A stretch of 64,000 nt of DNA from Macrostomum lignano (GCA_002269645.1 NIVC01002204.1:62001-126000); one strand, 5' to 3'. Shown: positions 25,601 to 38,255, numbered from the stretch's first letter. The notes: generated by a model from the sequence alone, not told the origin. Numbers and translations are program-made.

Positions 25601-27193
25601 CAAGCAATTAAATAATTGATGGCAAAGTTAATGGATTTTCTTATTGTGTATGGTCAAAGCCATGAGCATTACTATAGCCAAATAAATAATGTGGACACAT
25701 AATTGATAAATTTCTCAGTAACTTAGCAAATTTCTATTGCTCTTCAAAGATCGACGGCTAACCGTGATACTGTATATTTAATAAGCCAAAAAGTGGTACA
25801 AAAAGTGATTATGTAATATAAAAAATGGAAAAAACTAGTACACACAACTCAGGGAAAAGTATAAAATGAAATTCTAAAAGATTTTCTTCAGTGAAGCTGT
25901 CCAATATATGACAAAAAACCTGGAAATCTGCACAGCAGTCTCTTTGCTCAAGCACACTCATTACCAGTTCATATTTTTTGTTGCTTATCTTGGCATATGG
26001 ACCCCATGCTACTGCCACCTGAACTGGTTCTCCAAGAGTGTCCTCTGTGGTGACAAAACTCTCTCCATCCTCCTTCAGAATTTTGTAATCCTCAATGTTG
26101 ATTGTGTCCATTTTGAGCCGCTATCAAGATCAGTTCACATAAGAACTGAGAAAATTTATCAGTTGTATGCCTGCATTATTTATTTGGTTGTAGGAATGCC
26201 CATAGCTTTTTGAGAATACCCACAGGAATTTGAGAACAGTTGAATGAGATTGAATTCAATACAGAAAGTGTAAAATTATTGTGAAGCGCTAAATGAAAGA
26301 AAAAACAAATAATGCATTGTCTAGTGCAATAAGCACTTTTTTGTTTGCTGGTGTATTGATAGCTTTTTCAATTAAAATATGTTAACATTGTATTTGTACA
26401 AAACAGATTCAAATACAAGTTTTACCAGTATTTTTCAAATGAAAAATACAGATTTTGTGTTTTGTGTTTTTTTTCAAAATAAGTTCAAGCACACAGCATA
26501 ATCAAAACTTTTTAATATAATTTGTTCCAGTGCAGGCATGCCATGATCCTGACTATGGCTCACACAGTAGGCCATTACAACCTTCAACCTAAACCCTCCT
26601 TCAACCTCAATATAAAACAAATTTATGTACATTACAGTGGCACAGCCATAGTGGCTTACTTTTGCATATTGTTGCATATATATATTATTGTGAAGGCATA
26701 TTTGGGTCATTTGTTTTGTACTATTATCTACTTACTTATAATATAGGCTAATTTTTATCTATAACTTAAGTGCTATTCTTCCTGTAAAAATTCACACTTG
26801 CAACTGGATCTCCAATTCTCAATTGACTTATTCTCGACCTCGAATTTTTTATAAAATTCTCACTCAATCTTGCTCAAAAACCAAAATCTGGTATTGGTCA
26901 GATAAGGTTTGTGTCATGACACTATGACAAAGAACCTAAACATTATGGTCAGATATTTATGATAATGTCTTTTCCCAAATGCTAGTTAATTTCTTTGTCT
27001 TTGTCTATTTTTTTACAAAAATGCTTAAACCTTATAATATTTAGAGGGTTTTTCAGCTATGATGCTTTTTAAAATGTTTTAATAACAAATCTTTTATCAA
27101 AACATCCTTGAGACTAAAAATAGTTTAGTAGCATTATAAATCCAAACTCAAATTTCAGCTGTCAATTAAGCTTTGTCAACCAAATAAACAACA

Positions 27194-27862
27194 ATGCAGT
27201 TAGCCAACTTCACTCTACTCCGCCTGCTGAGCCCAATCTCCATCAGGTGCACTCCAGCAGCAGTCATCAATCGCACTCTGCACTCTAGTCCGGCTCTGCT
27301 TGGCAAAAAGTATGCAAAATATTATTTCACACCAAAGAAAATCTTTCGCAAAGAAGAAATCTACAGGGTGCCAAAGACTCAATTGATTTTGCCGCACGAG
27401 CGCCTTGATCCATTGAATATCCCGGAGCCTTCGGCGCCAACTGCAACTGAATCAGGCCTCCTTGAACAGTTAGCTTCCGCTGTCAATCATGAGCAGTCAA
27501 CATCCGGCCGACCCTTTGCCATAGTCCACCTGGTTGGCAAGCAGTACAAAGTGTCCGAAGGCGATCTAGTTCAATTAGTTGGCAAAAGTTTGCTAGCCGA
27601 GCTGGGCGACGAACTTGTCTTAGAGAAGGTGCTGGCTCTGGGATTCACAGACTTCACTCTCTATGGCAGACCCATTCTGTCTCGGGATTGTGTCACAGTC
27701 CGAGCCACCGTAGTCGAGAAGACCCTGGAGCCGCCAAAAATTCGATTCGAATTTCGTAAGCGACAAAATTTTCGTCGAATGAATATCCATCAAACTAATG
27801 CGACTGTGCTGCGTATTGGGTCGATTGAGTTTAATAAGCCAGCGGTTCAACAGGCTCTGTAA
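27194..27862 (+). CDS. MRPL21: Mitochondrial ribosomal protein L21 (bL21m), intronless, 222 aa
   Basis: Basic, acid-poor transit-like N-terminus; L21 domain FAIVHLVGKQYKVSEGDLV...VLEKVL...GRPIL....V.VRATVVEKT..PPKIRFEFRKRQNFRR. Confidence 0.93.
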   Translation: MQLANFTLLRLLSPISIRCTPAAVINRTLHSSPALLGKKYAKYYFTPKKIFRKEEIYRVPKTQLILPHERLDPLNIPEPSAPTATESGLLEQLASAVNHEQSTSGRPFAIVHLVGKQYKVSEGDLVQLVGKSLLAELGDELVLEKVLALGFTDFTLYGRPILSRDCVTVRATVVEKTLEPPKIRFEFRKRQNFRRMNIHQTNATVLRIGSIEFNKPAVQQAL

Positions 27863-28166
27863 ATTATTGATCAAAGCGTGTTCAAAACAACAGTTAGTTT
27901 AGTTGCTATTGCAGTTTGTCTGGAAGTTTTGACTGCGTATTTTTATTGCCTACTAAGAGTAGAAACTAAAGCGTTTGCTTTTTGTCGCATTTTTTAATTT
28001 ATTCATCTAATTGTTTGAAAAATAAACAGATAGATAACCTTTGCTTGATATATTTCTGTTTCAGTTGCTGATTTTTTTAATTACCAATCATTTTGGAAGA
28101 GGTAACGGTGTCCAATTAATGATTATTAATGTAGGGTATAGCGTTGAACGATTATTAATCTAGAGA

Positions 28167-28899
28167 GATAGCGGTTCCCCTGAATAATAATTAGTTTAGG
28201 GGGTAGCGGTTCCCCGGAATGATAATTAGTTTAGGGGATAGCGGTGCCCCTGAATGATAATTAGTTTAGGGGGGATAGCGGTTCCCCTGAATAATAATTA
28301 GTTTAGGGGGGTAGCGGTTCCCCTGAATGATAATTAGTTTAGGGGGATAGCGGTTCCCCTGAATGATAATTAGTTTAGGGGGATAGCGGTTCCCCTGAAT
28401 GATAATTAGTTTAGGGGGATAGCGGTTCCCCTGAATGATAATTAGTTTAGGGGGATAGCGGTTCCCCTGAATGATAATTAGTTTAGGGGGATAGCGGTTC
28501 CCCTGAATGATAATTAGTTTAGGGGGATAGCGGTTCCCCTGAATGATAATTAGTTTAGGGGGATAGCGGTTCCCGTGAATGATAATTAGTTTAGGGGGAT
28601 AGCGGTGCCCCTGAATGATAATTAGTTTAGGGGGATAGCGGTTCCCCTGAATGATAATTAGTTTAGGGGGATAGCGGTTCCCCTGAATGATAATTAGTTT
28701 AGGGGGATAGCGGTTCCCCTGAATGATAATTAGTTTAGGGGGATAGCGGTTCCCCTGAATGATAATTAGTTTAGGGGGATAGCGGTTCCCCTGAATGATA
28801 ATTAGTTTAGGGGGATAGCGGTTCCCGTGAATGATAATTAGTTTAGGGGGATAGCGGTGCCCCTGAATGATAATTAGTTTAGGGGGATAGCGGTTCCCA
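28167..28899. repeat. 36-bp minisatellite (GATAGCGGTTCCCCTGAATGATAATTAGTTTAGGGG)
   Basis: About 20 near-identical units between MRPL21 and NDUFV2; no unique spacers. Confidence 0.95.
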
Positions 28900-29112
28900 C
28901 TGATTCATCGATCCAGGGAATAGTAGTAACTTCAAATGCTTCAGACTCGAGAGATATTCAAAAGTGGCATTGCTCATTGAAGTCCTGAAATAAGTGTCTG
29001 TAATCGCTTTGAACTTGTTGCATGGTTGAATCAAATTAATCAAAATCAATCAATAGAGTCTTGACAGAAGAGAACAGTTATTATAGCCAATAAAGATTGA
29101 AGCGCTCGCACG

Positions 29113-29850
29113 ATGCTGTCATTTCTATCTCGTCGAATCTTGGCTGCTCCCGCGCGGCTCTCTCTGCCCCAGCGCTGCCTTAGCGACAAGCTATTCGTCC
29201 ATCGGGACACGCCAGAAAACAATGTAGACACTCCGTTCGAATTTACGCCAGAAAATCTCGAACGAGCTCGAAGTTTGATTTCAAACTATCCTGTTGGACA
29301 CGAGCGCGCCGCTATGATGCCGCTGTTAGATTTGGCTCAGCGCCAGCACGGCGGCTGGTTGCCGATTTCTGCTATGCACTGCGTTGCCGACATGTTGAAG
29401 GTGCCGCGTATGCGAGTGTACGAAGTGGCCACCTTCTACACTATGTACAATCGCGACCCGATTGGCAAATATCATGTACAGATCTGTACTACAACTCCCT
29501 GCATGCTGGGCGGCTGCGGCTCCGGATCAATATTGGACACTTGCAAACGGGTGCTGGGGTTGAAGCCGGGCCAGACAGACTCTGAGCGGCTGTTCACCCT
29601 GTCTGAAGTGGAATGCCTTGGCGCCTGCGTCAACGCGCCAATGGTGCAGATTAACGACGACTACTACGAAGACCTGACACCGGAGGATACTGAAGCCATC
29701 CTCATGGCGTTGAAGCGGGGCGAGAAGCCGCCGAAACCCGGGCCGCAGTCTGGCCAGGACTGGCGGCACTGCTGCGAACCCAAGGGCAATTTGACCTCGC
29801 TGACCGAACCGCCTAAAGGTCCTGGATTTAAAGTTCTGCCTGAACTTTGA
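29113..29850 (+). CDS. NDUFV2: NADH:ubiquinone oxidoreductase 24 kDa flavoprotein subunit, intronless, 245 aa
   Basis: [52 protein letters not shown], [2Fe-2S] ligands CTTTPC and [12 protein letters not shown]-terminal PGP.SG...[17 protein letters not shown]. Confidence 0.97.
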   Translation: MLSFLSRRILAAPARLSLPQRCLSDKLFVHRDTPENNVDTPFEFTPENLERARSLISNYPVGHERAAMMPLLDLAQRQHGGWLPISAMHCVADMLKVPRMRVYEVATFYTMYNRDPIGKYHVQICTTTPCMLGGCGSGSILDTCKRVLGLKPGQTDSERLFTLSEVECLGACVNAPMVQINDDYYEDLTPEDTEAILMALKRGEKPPKPGPQSGQDWRHCCEPKGNLTSLTEPPKGPGFKVLPEL

Positions 29851-30171
29851 ATCTTGATTTATCTGCTTATCAATGACCTGTCAGCAACACGTTAATCAAC
29901 TTATTCAATTCAATTTAGTGTCAGATAAGAAACAGTTAGAATAAAACTAGAATTAAAACTTGTTTGTCAGCAGTACTACAATTAGCTACTTCTCTTGTAT
30001 ATTTCAATTGTCTAGTTTAATAGAGATATGTTTATATTTAATAAAGATTAGACCGACACGCATCGTTTCGTAACTATATGCTAAATATAGTAATATTATT
30101 ACTGACAATATGTAATGTGATATGTGACTTTTGCTTACTTTCGGTGTGTTAAAATTATAGCCATCGTAGTT

Positions 30172-30478
30172 TTAAGGTCAGTTACAGGTCACTCTATAGG
30201 CTACGAATTAAGGTCGGATTAATGGTCAGTTAAGGTCACACTTCAAGCTACGGGTTGAGGTCGGATTAAGGGTCAGTTAAGGTCAGATTAAAGGTTAGCT
30301 AAGGTCACACCATATGCCATAAATTAAGGTCGGATTAAGGGTCAGTTAAGGTCACACTTTAAGCTACGGGTTGAGGTCGGATTAAGAGTCAGTTAAGGTC
30401 AGATTAAAGGTTAGCTAAGGTCACACCATATGCCATAAATTAAGGTCGGATTAAGGGTCAGTTAAGGTCACACCATAG
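30172..30478. repeat. Degenerate array built on TTAAGGTC motifs
   Basis: Between NDUFV2 and SLC35B1; contains a duplicated ~110-bp block. Confidence 0.75.
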
Positions 30479-30570
30479 GTTTTTAAACAGAAGAATCAAT
30501 ATAGATCTGCATGTTGCTATCCTCTTCACATGGTTATTCGTTGCATTTCAGCTAATACCTCGCCGCTATC

Positions 30571-33557
30571 ATGTCGCAAAAGCACTCTCAATCGATGATA
30601 AAATTCCTGGTATTTGCTTTAGGAATTTTTATTAGTTATTTTGTCTACGGATTGTTGCAGGAGAAAATGTGAGATTTTTCTATAACTGATAAAAATGCTT
30701 TATATTTATGCAATAAATATGTTTATTGCTGCTAGCTAAAATTTAACTATAATTTCATTTCGCAGCACAAAGACTGAGTACGGTCTGGACAAACAGACTT
30801 TTACGTTCACCTGCAGTATGGTGCTTATTCAGTGCGCCATTAATGCGGCATTCGCCGTGATTGGTGAGTCTAAGTGTATTTGTGTGTGTTGGGGATCTTT
30901 GTTTCTTTTGAAATTGTGCTTCTCATTCTTTATTTCTGCTATATTATTGTCAGACTTTATTTCTAATGTTGTTCAGTCTTTGTTTTTGATGTATGCCGGT
31001 CTTTGTTTCTGATGGTAGGCGGCATTTGTTTCTTATGTGTGTCGGGTCTTTGTTTCTGATGTGTGACGGTCTTTGTTTCTGATGTGTGTCAGTCTTTGTT
31101 TCTGATGTGTGTCAGTCTTTGTTTCTGATGTGTGTCAGTCTTTGTTTCTGATGTGTGTCGGTCTTTGTTTCTGTTGTGTGTCAATCTTTGTTTCTGATGT
31201 GTGACGGTCTTTGTTTCTGATGGTAGGCAGCATTTGTTTCTTATGTGTGTCGGGTCTTTGTTTCTGATGTGTGACGGTCTTTGTTTCTGATGTGTGTCAG
31301 TCTTTGTTTCTGATGTGTGTCGGTCTGTTTCTGATGTGTGTCGGTCTTTGTTTCATGTCTTTGTAATAGTTAATACATAGATTTCCTGCATTCCAGTTCC
31401 CGTGGTAATTTCATCTGGATCTTCATCGGCTGACAGCACCTGGCGAGTTCCACCGTCAGCCTCCGTGTATTCATTTGCACTGGCTGCGTTTACCTACATC
31501 ACCGCAATGTGGTCTAGTAATGCCGCACTTCAGTTCGTATCCTATCCCACACAGGTGAGCTCAATAGTTATGGATTTATAATTTACAGTCATTTTAGGAA
31601 GGGCAAATTAGGTGCAGGGAGATCAGGGTGTGGGGTGCAGGGAGATCAGGGTGTGGGGTGCAGGTAGATCAGGGTGTGGGGTGCAGGTAGATCAGGGTGT
31701 GGGGTGCAGGTAGATCAGGGTGTGGGGTGCAGGTAGATCAGGGTGTGGGGTGCAGGTAGATCAGGGTGTGGGGTGCAGGTAGATCAGGGTGTGGGGTGCA
31801 GGTAGATCAGGGTGTGGGGTGCAGGTAGATCAGGGTGTGGGGTGCAGGGAGATCAGTGTGTAGGGTGCAGGTAGATCAGGTGTGGGGTGCAGGTAGATCA
31901 GGTGTGGGGTGCAGGGAGATCAGGGTGCAGGGAGATCAGGGTGCAGGGAGATCAGGGTGCAGGGAGATCAGGGTGCAGGGAGATCAGGGTGCAGAGAGAT
32001 CAGGGTGCAGGAAGATCAGGGTGCAGGGAGATCAGGGTGCAGGGAGATCAGGGTGCAGGAAGATCAGGGTGCAGGGAGATCAGGGTGCAGGGAGATCAGG
32101 GTGCAGAGAGATCAGGGTGCAGGAAGATCAGGGTGCAGGGAGATCAGGGTGCAGGGAGATCAGGGTGCAGGGAGATCAGGGTGCAGGGAGATCAGGGTGC
32201 AGAGAGATCAGGGTGCAGGAAGATCAGGGTGCAGGGAGATCAGGGTGCAGGGAGATCAGGGTGCAGGGAGATCAGGGTGCAGGGAGATCAGGGTGCAGGG
32301 AGATCAGGGTGCAGGAAGATCAGGGTGCAGAGAGATCAGGATACACGGGAAAAGGTACAAAGCCTGTGCCTCTACCAATCGACATCCCAGGTGCTGGGGA
32401 AGTCATGCAAGCCAATCCCAGTGATGCTGTTAGGCCTGCTATTCGGCAAACGCTATCCAATGATAAAATACCTGCTAGTGCTGATCATTGTTGTTGGCGT
32501 ATCGTTATTCCTGATGAAAGACAGCAAAGGCACAGGCCCGGACACCGATCACAGCTTTGGTTTTGGAGAGTTTCTATTGGTAAGTTAATGCTTGTTGTGT
32601 TTTTGTTTCAATTGGTTTCAATAATTGGAAACCTGTCTTGAATTGTTAATATTTCCTATTGACAATCATTTCAGCTGGTCTCTCTGCTATGCGACGGACT
32701 CACTGGTTTAGTGCAGGATCGAATCTGTTTAAAGCATAACTCAGTGTCCAGCTTTGCTATGATGTTCCAGATGAATTTGTGGTCTACTATCTATCTGTTT
32801 GTTGGTAAGCTTTATTGCTCTCTATTTCATTGAAAATTTTGAGGCACTTTTGTTTGCAAAGCACTGCTTCTTCTGTTAGCAAAGCACTGCTTCTTCTGGT
32901 AGCAAAGCACTGCTTCTTCTGTTAGCAAAGCACTGCTTCTTCTGTTAGCAAAGCACTGCTTCTTCTGTTAGCAAAGCACTGCTTCTTCTGTTAGCAAAGC
33001 ACTGCTTCTGTTAGCAAAGCACTGCTTCTTCTGGTTGCAAATCACTGCTTCTTCTGGTTGCAAATCACTGCTTCTTCTGGTTGCAAATCACTGCTTTTTC
33101 TGCTTATTTTGCCTTTAAAATCACAGTTTTTGTCAAAAATTGACTACCCGACAATTCAATTAAGGATTCTCTCCCTTCTGTCACTGTTTTAGTTGCCGTA
33201 GCAACAGGCGAACTGCCTCAGTTCGTCGCATTCGTCGTGCAATACCACACCGTACTGTGGGACATCCTGCTGTTTAGCCTGTGCAGCGCCCTCGGCCAGC
33301 TGTTCATCTTTGCCACCGTGGTTAATTATGGCCCGTTGAACTGCTCCTTGGTGACCACTACTCGAAAGTTCTTCACCATTCTCGGCTCCGTGATTCTGTT
33401 TGGTCACCCGCTGACTAACAGGCAGTGGCTTGGCACCTGCCTGGTCTTTGTTGGCCTTTTTGGCGAGTCTCTGGTTAAGAGGAAGCCGAATCTGGTTGCT
33501 CCTGCTGCTTCTGCTGACGCTGCGGTTGCTAATGGCAATGGGAAGAAAGCTCAATAG
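30571..33557 (+). CDS. SLC35B1: Solute carrier family 35 member B1 (UGTrel1/AXER-like ER transporter); 6 exons, 345 aa
   Basis: Exons 30571-30668, 30766-30863, 31397-31554, 32391-32579, 32675-32804, 33193-33557 (1038 nt, in phase). Motifs [82 protein letters not shown]; C-terminal KKAQ ER-retrieval-like signal. Confidence 0.94.
30995..31350. repeat. 23-bp minisatellite (GTCTTTGTTTCTGATGTGTGTCA)
   Basis: SLC35B1 intron 2. Confidence 0.9.
31612..32340. repeat. 23-bp (GGGTGTGGGGTGCAGGTAGATCA) array contracting to a 16-bp (GGGTGCAGGGAGATCA) array
   Basis: SLC35B1 intron 3; source of the three repeat ORFs at 31835-32641. Confidence 0.93.
32855..33100. repeat. 23-bp minisatellite (GCAAAGCACTGCTTCTTCTGTTA)
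   Basis: SLC35B1 intron 5. Confidence 0.9.
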
Positions 33558-33611
33558 AATTTTTTTAAGTGTTTAGAACTTTAAGATTTTAATTGTTCTT
33601 CTATAGCTTTG

Positions 33612-34222
<611 letters not shown>

Positions 34223-34813
34223 GTCGGTCTTAACAGCTGTTTTTCTCTCTATCTATTATATGTATTCAAATTTGTATTGTATAAATCCTTTCAACTCAAT
34301 ATACCAGCATCAATATTTAGCCTGTGTTCTTGTTCGGATTTTCAAAAATCCCGATATACTCACTATCAATCTATTATAAATTTACTGCTACCGATAAGTA
34401 GTGCTGTTTGCTTGTTTCGTATATTACTTTGTGTTTTCACAGGGTTATCTTAGTCAAACTTATAAAGTTTCTGGCTGTTAGAGATATTTAGGATCTTCCA
34501 ATCAAAAGATTTTGAATCCCTAGTCAGACACTCGATAAGGCGCATTAGTCGGATTTTTAATCCTCGATGTTTTTATTTACGGTAATTAACAATTAATTTG
34601 CATCTTTACTACTAGCGCGTCTTGACGTTTAAGTAGTTACAGTGCGTATCGATGCGAAAATTAAATGATTTTACATCTAAAAAGAAGTTTGTCGGATCAT
34701 CATTCTCACTAATTTTTTGTTTTTTATTCAGTTTTTAGTTGATTGGTGTTTGATAAATTAAACGTTTTTAAAATATTTTATGATGATGCAAATCTGCTTC
34801 TTAAGCGGAGCTA

Positions 34814-35754
34814 TAGGGATCAGCTTAGCTGAGAAAGACCAGCCTCCCAGATCCTCAGTTTCTGGGCCAGCCTCCCAGATCCTCACTTGCTGGGCCAGCC
34901 TTCCAGAGTGTCATTTGCTGGGCCAGCCTCCCAGAGTGTCAGTTGCTGGGCCAGCCTCCCAGAGTGTCAGTTGCTGGGCCAGCCTCCCAGATCCTTAGTT
35001 GCTGGGCCAGCCTCCCAGAGTGTCAGTTGCTGGGCCAGCCTCCCAGATCCTTAGTTGCTGGGCCAGCCTCCCAGAGTGTCAGTTGCTGGGCCAGCCTCCC
35101 AGATCCTTAGTTGCTGGGCCAGCCTCCCAGAGTGTCAGTTGCTGGGCCAGCCTCCCAGATCCTTAGTTGCTGGGCCAGCCTCCCAGAGTGTCAGTTGCTG
35201 GGCCAGCCTCCCAGAGTGTCACTTGCTGGGCCAGCCTTCCAGAGTGTCATTTGCTGGGCCAGCCTCCCAGAGTGTCAGTTGCTGGGCCAGCCTCCCAGAT
35301 CCTTAGTTGCTGGGCCAGCCTCCCAGAGTGTCAGTTGCTGGGCCAGCCTCCCAGATCCTTAGTTGCTGGGCCAGCCTCCCAGAGTGTCAGTTGCTGGGCC
35401 AGCCTCCCAGAGTGTCACTTGCTGGGCCAGCCTTCCAGAGTGTCATTTGCTGGGCCAGCCTCCCAGAGTGTCAGTTGCTGGGCCAGCCTCCCAGATCCTT
35501 AGTTGCTGGGCCAGCCTCCCAGAGTGTCAGTTGCTGGGCCAGCCTCCCAGAGTTTCAGTTGCTGGGCCAGCCTCTCAGAGTGTCAGTTTGCTGGGCCAGC
35601 CTCCCAGAGTGTCAGTTTGCTGGGCCAGCCTCCCAGAGTGTTAGTTGCTGGGCCAGCCTCCCAGAGTGTTAGTTGCTGGGCCAGCCTCCCAGATGCTAGG
35701 CCAGACTCACAGAGCCTCATGAGCTTCATGTTAACTTCGCTAAGCTGATCCCTG
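34814..35754. mobile_element. TIR-bounded non-autonomous element whose interior is a 28-bp minisatellite
   Basis: Perfect 15-bp inverted repeat AGGGATCAGCTTAGC (34815-34829) / GCTAAGCTGATCCCT (35739-35753); ends read TAGGG...CCCTG, as in hAT-type termini; no convincing 8-bp TSD. Confidence 0.45.
34838..35697. repeat. 28-bp minisatellite (GCTGGGCCAGCCTCCCAGAGTGTCAGTT)
   Basis: Inside the 15-bp inverted repeat; many units contain GTGTCAG. Confidence 0.95.
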
Positions 35755-36761
35755 CCATAATAAACGAATACGCTACTGCATATATTCCGCTATTGCCAAA
35801 GAAAATAATTTTCGTTGTATTTTGTGCCTCCTGCCAGTTTAGTTTATCGGTAATTTTGTGCAAAAAGTGCAAACTTTATCTTTTGCAAACAGTGTTTACT
35901 TTTCCTTTGTGCTTTTCCGCAATGTCTCTATTTAAAAACCAATGGCTGTTAAATGCACATTTTAAAGCAATGCCGTTGTTTCAACTCTTGCTATATAAAA
36001 AAGAAAAAAACTTTAATCTAAGTACTTTCGACCTTGCGTAAGTAGCATCAAGGAAATTCTGCTACCGAAAATTGCTTATCAATGAAAAAGCGTTGCATAA
36101 TTTTTCCACCAATATTTTCTCTAACGCCGCTTCTTATTGCTAATGCGATCGACATCTTCTTGTCTTGCTGTTTGCAAACACGTTTCCATTGTTCGTTGCA
36201 AGTTTTGCCCGCAAGAAGAATGCTTAATAAAGAGTGCGTTATTTTGTTGTCTGCCAAAAATGTTCACCTTGTATTTGATTTGTTTTAGTTAATCTCTCAT
36301 TGATTAGTGACCAGTTTCTTTTGATTTTGTTGTTGGTTTTTCATTTCTTGAGTATGCTGTTGTTTTGCTTATGAATTTCTTGTGTTTAACCTAAATGCTA
36401 CTATTTATTGGTGTTCAATTTTCAGTCTATTATTGCTTTTCTGTGTTACGTAAAGTGGATAATTCAAAATCAAAAACGTTTATTTAAGTTTGTGGTTTAA
36501 CAAGAATATATTGCTTCTTGCTGCAGCTGCTTTAGCTGTCTGTTAAATGTTTTATTGACAAAATGAAATTCAATTGTGCGTAAGAAATCAGTTATTGACT
36601 CTTTAGTCAGCTTTTATTATTTTCACCGGACTGACTAATTGGCGTGAGCTGTTGGGTGGTGGGCGCTGGGCGCTTAAATTTTAAGTGACAGTTCGCTGAG
36701 AATATGGCAGCTGAAATTTCCTTTCCTTCCTCGGGGCTTGCGGCCTCAGGATCAGAATGAA

Positions 36762-36975
36762 CAGCCAATGAGAGAGCAGTAAAGAAGAGAGTTCAAAGTC
36801 AGACGGACGAAATTCAGCCTAGAAGACAGCTCCAATCTAGCTCAGCCAATGAGAGAGCAGCAAGGAGAGAGGTCAAGGTCAGACGGACGAAATTCAGCCT
36901 AGGAGGCGGCCCCTATCTATTGATAGTTCAGCCAATGAGAGAGCAGCAAGGAGAGAGGTCAAGGTCAGACGCAAG
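36762..36975. repeat. Three ~81-86-bp direct repeats, each beginning with a CCAAT box (CAGCCAATGAGAGAGCAG)
   Basis: Copies start at 36762, 36843 and 36929. Confidence 0.8.
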
Positions 36976-37619
36976 CGGTGCAGGAGTAAAATCAAGCTGT
37001 TTATCGGCCTTGCTGGAGGCTGCCACCCCTTTTCTCTCTTGCTCGCTATGCAACACGCACTAAGAGCTAGATTTGGAATTTTCAAGTTTGTCTGCAAGCT
37101 TCAGATTAAAATCTGGGCCTAAACAGCTCTAAAAGGAGCACATTTTTGCCTAGAAACCCAGATATTCGCGTATCTTTTCCGCAGACTGATGGTAGTAGTA
37201 ATTATATTTGACTTAATTTTTTCCCCAAAGCACTAAAGATGCATATATTCAGCATGCTACTCATGTAAGTAGTAGCGTAGCGTTACCTAAATAAGCATGT
37301 CATCCGTGATCGCGTTTCGGATTAGCGAATCAGGCTAAACCATAGGGCTGCAATGCCATTGATTGGCCTGAAATTTGGCATGAAAGTCATATCAAACGCG
37401 ATAAGTCCTGCACTTCTCTACTGACCAGCGTGAGTCGCATTGGCTATAAGCCAGTAGTTATTGGCTGTTCAAGATTGCCGCTTCTCGCAAAGCATTTTAA
37501 GCTGAATACGCTGGGTCAAGTTCTCAACTTTAGTGATAGCTTTGGAGACACTCAGGTAAGTCACTCTGTAGCCTCTTGACTGACTCTCATCTGGCACCTG
37601 CACCTGTCTCCGCTCAACC

Positions 37620-38160
37620 TCTGCACCCTCTCTCTCTGTCCTCTCTCCCCCTCCCCCACTCCCTCTGCCGCCTCTCCCTTTGCCCCATCTCCCTCCCCCC
37701 TTTCCTCTCTCCCCCTCCCCCACTCCCTCTGCCGCCTCTCCCTTTGCCCCATCTCCCTCCCCCCTTTCCTCTTTCCTCTGTCCACTCTCCTCTGCCCCAT
37801 TCATTCTGCCTCCTCTCCTCTGCCCCTCTCCTCTGCCCCCTCTCCTCTGCCCCCTCTCCTCTGCCCCTCTCCTCTGCCCCTCTCCTCTGCCCCCTCTCCT
37901 CTGCCCCTCTCCTCTGCCCCTCTCCTCTGCCCCTCTCCTCTGCCCCTCTCCTCTGCCCCCTCCTCTGCCCCTCTCCTCTGCCCCTCTCCTCTGCCCCCTC
38001 TCCTCTGCCCCTCTCCTCTGCCCCTCTCCTCTGCCCCCTCTCCTCTGCCCCACTCCTCTGCCCCTCTCCTACTGCCCCTCTCCTCTGCCCCCTCTCCTCT
38101 GCCCCCTCTCCTCTGCCCCCTCTCCTACTGCCCCTCTCTTTGCCCCCTCTCCTCTCTCTC
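37620..38160. repeat. 14-15-bp pyrimidine-strand array (CTCTCCTCTGCCCC)
   Basis: Source of the ORFs at 37469-38211. Confidence 0.9.
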
Positions 38161-38255
38161 TCTTATACTGCCCGAAGGGGGGGCTACTACCTGGCTAGTC
38201 CTATTTACTAAAAATGAATTTTCTGTCTCTAGGTAAGAGTGCGATTGATTTCAGA

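Noticed and set aside
28167-28899. CRISPR-like array (36-bp repeat); also considered for 44047, 45205 and 55948
   Set aside because: Units are directly adjacent with no unique spacers, there are no cas genes, and the context is eukaryotic.
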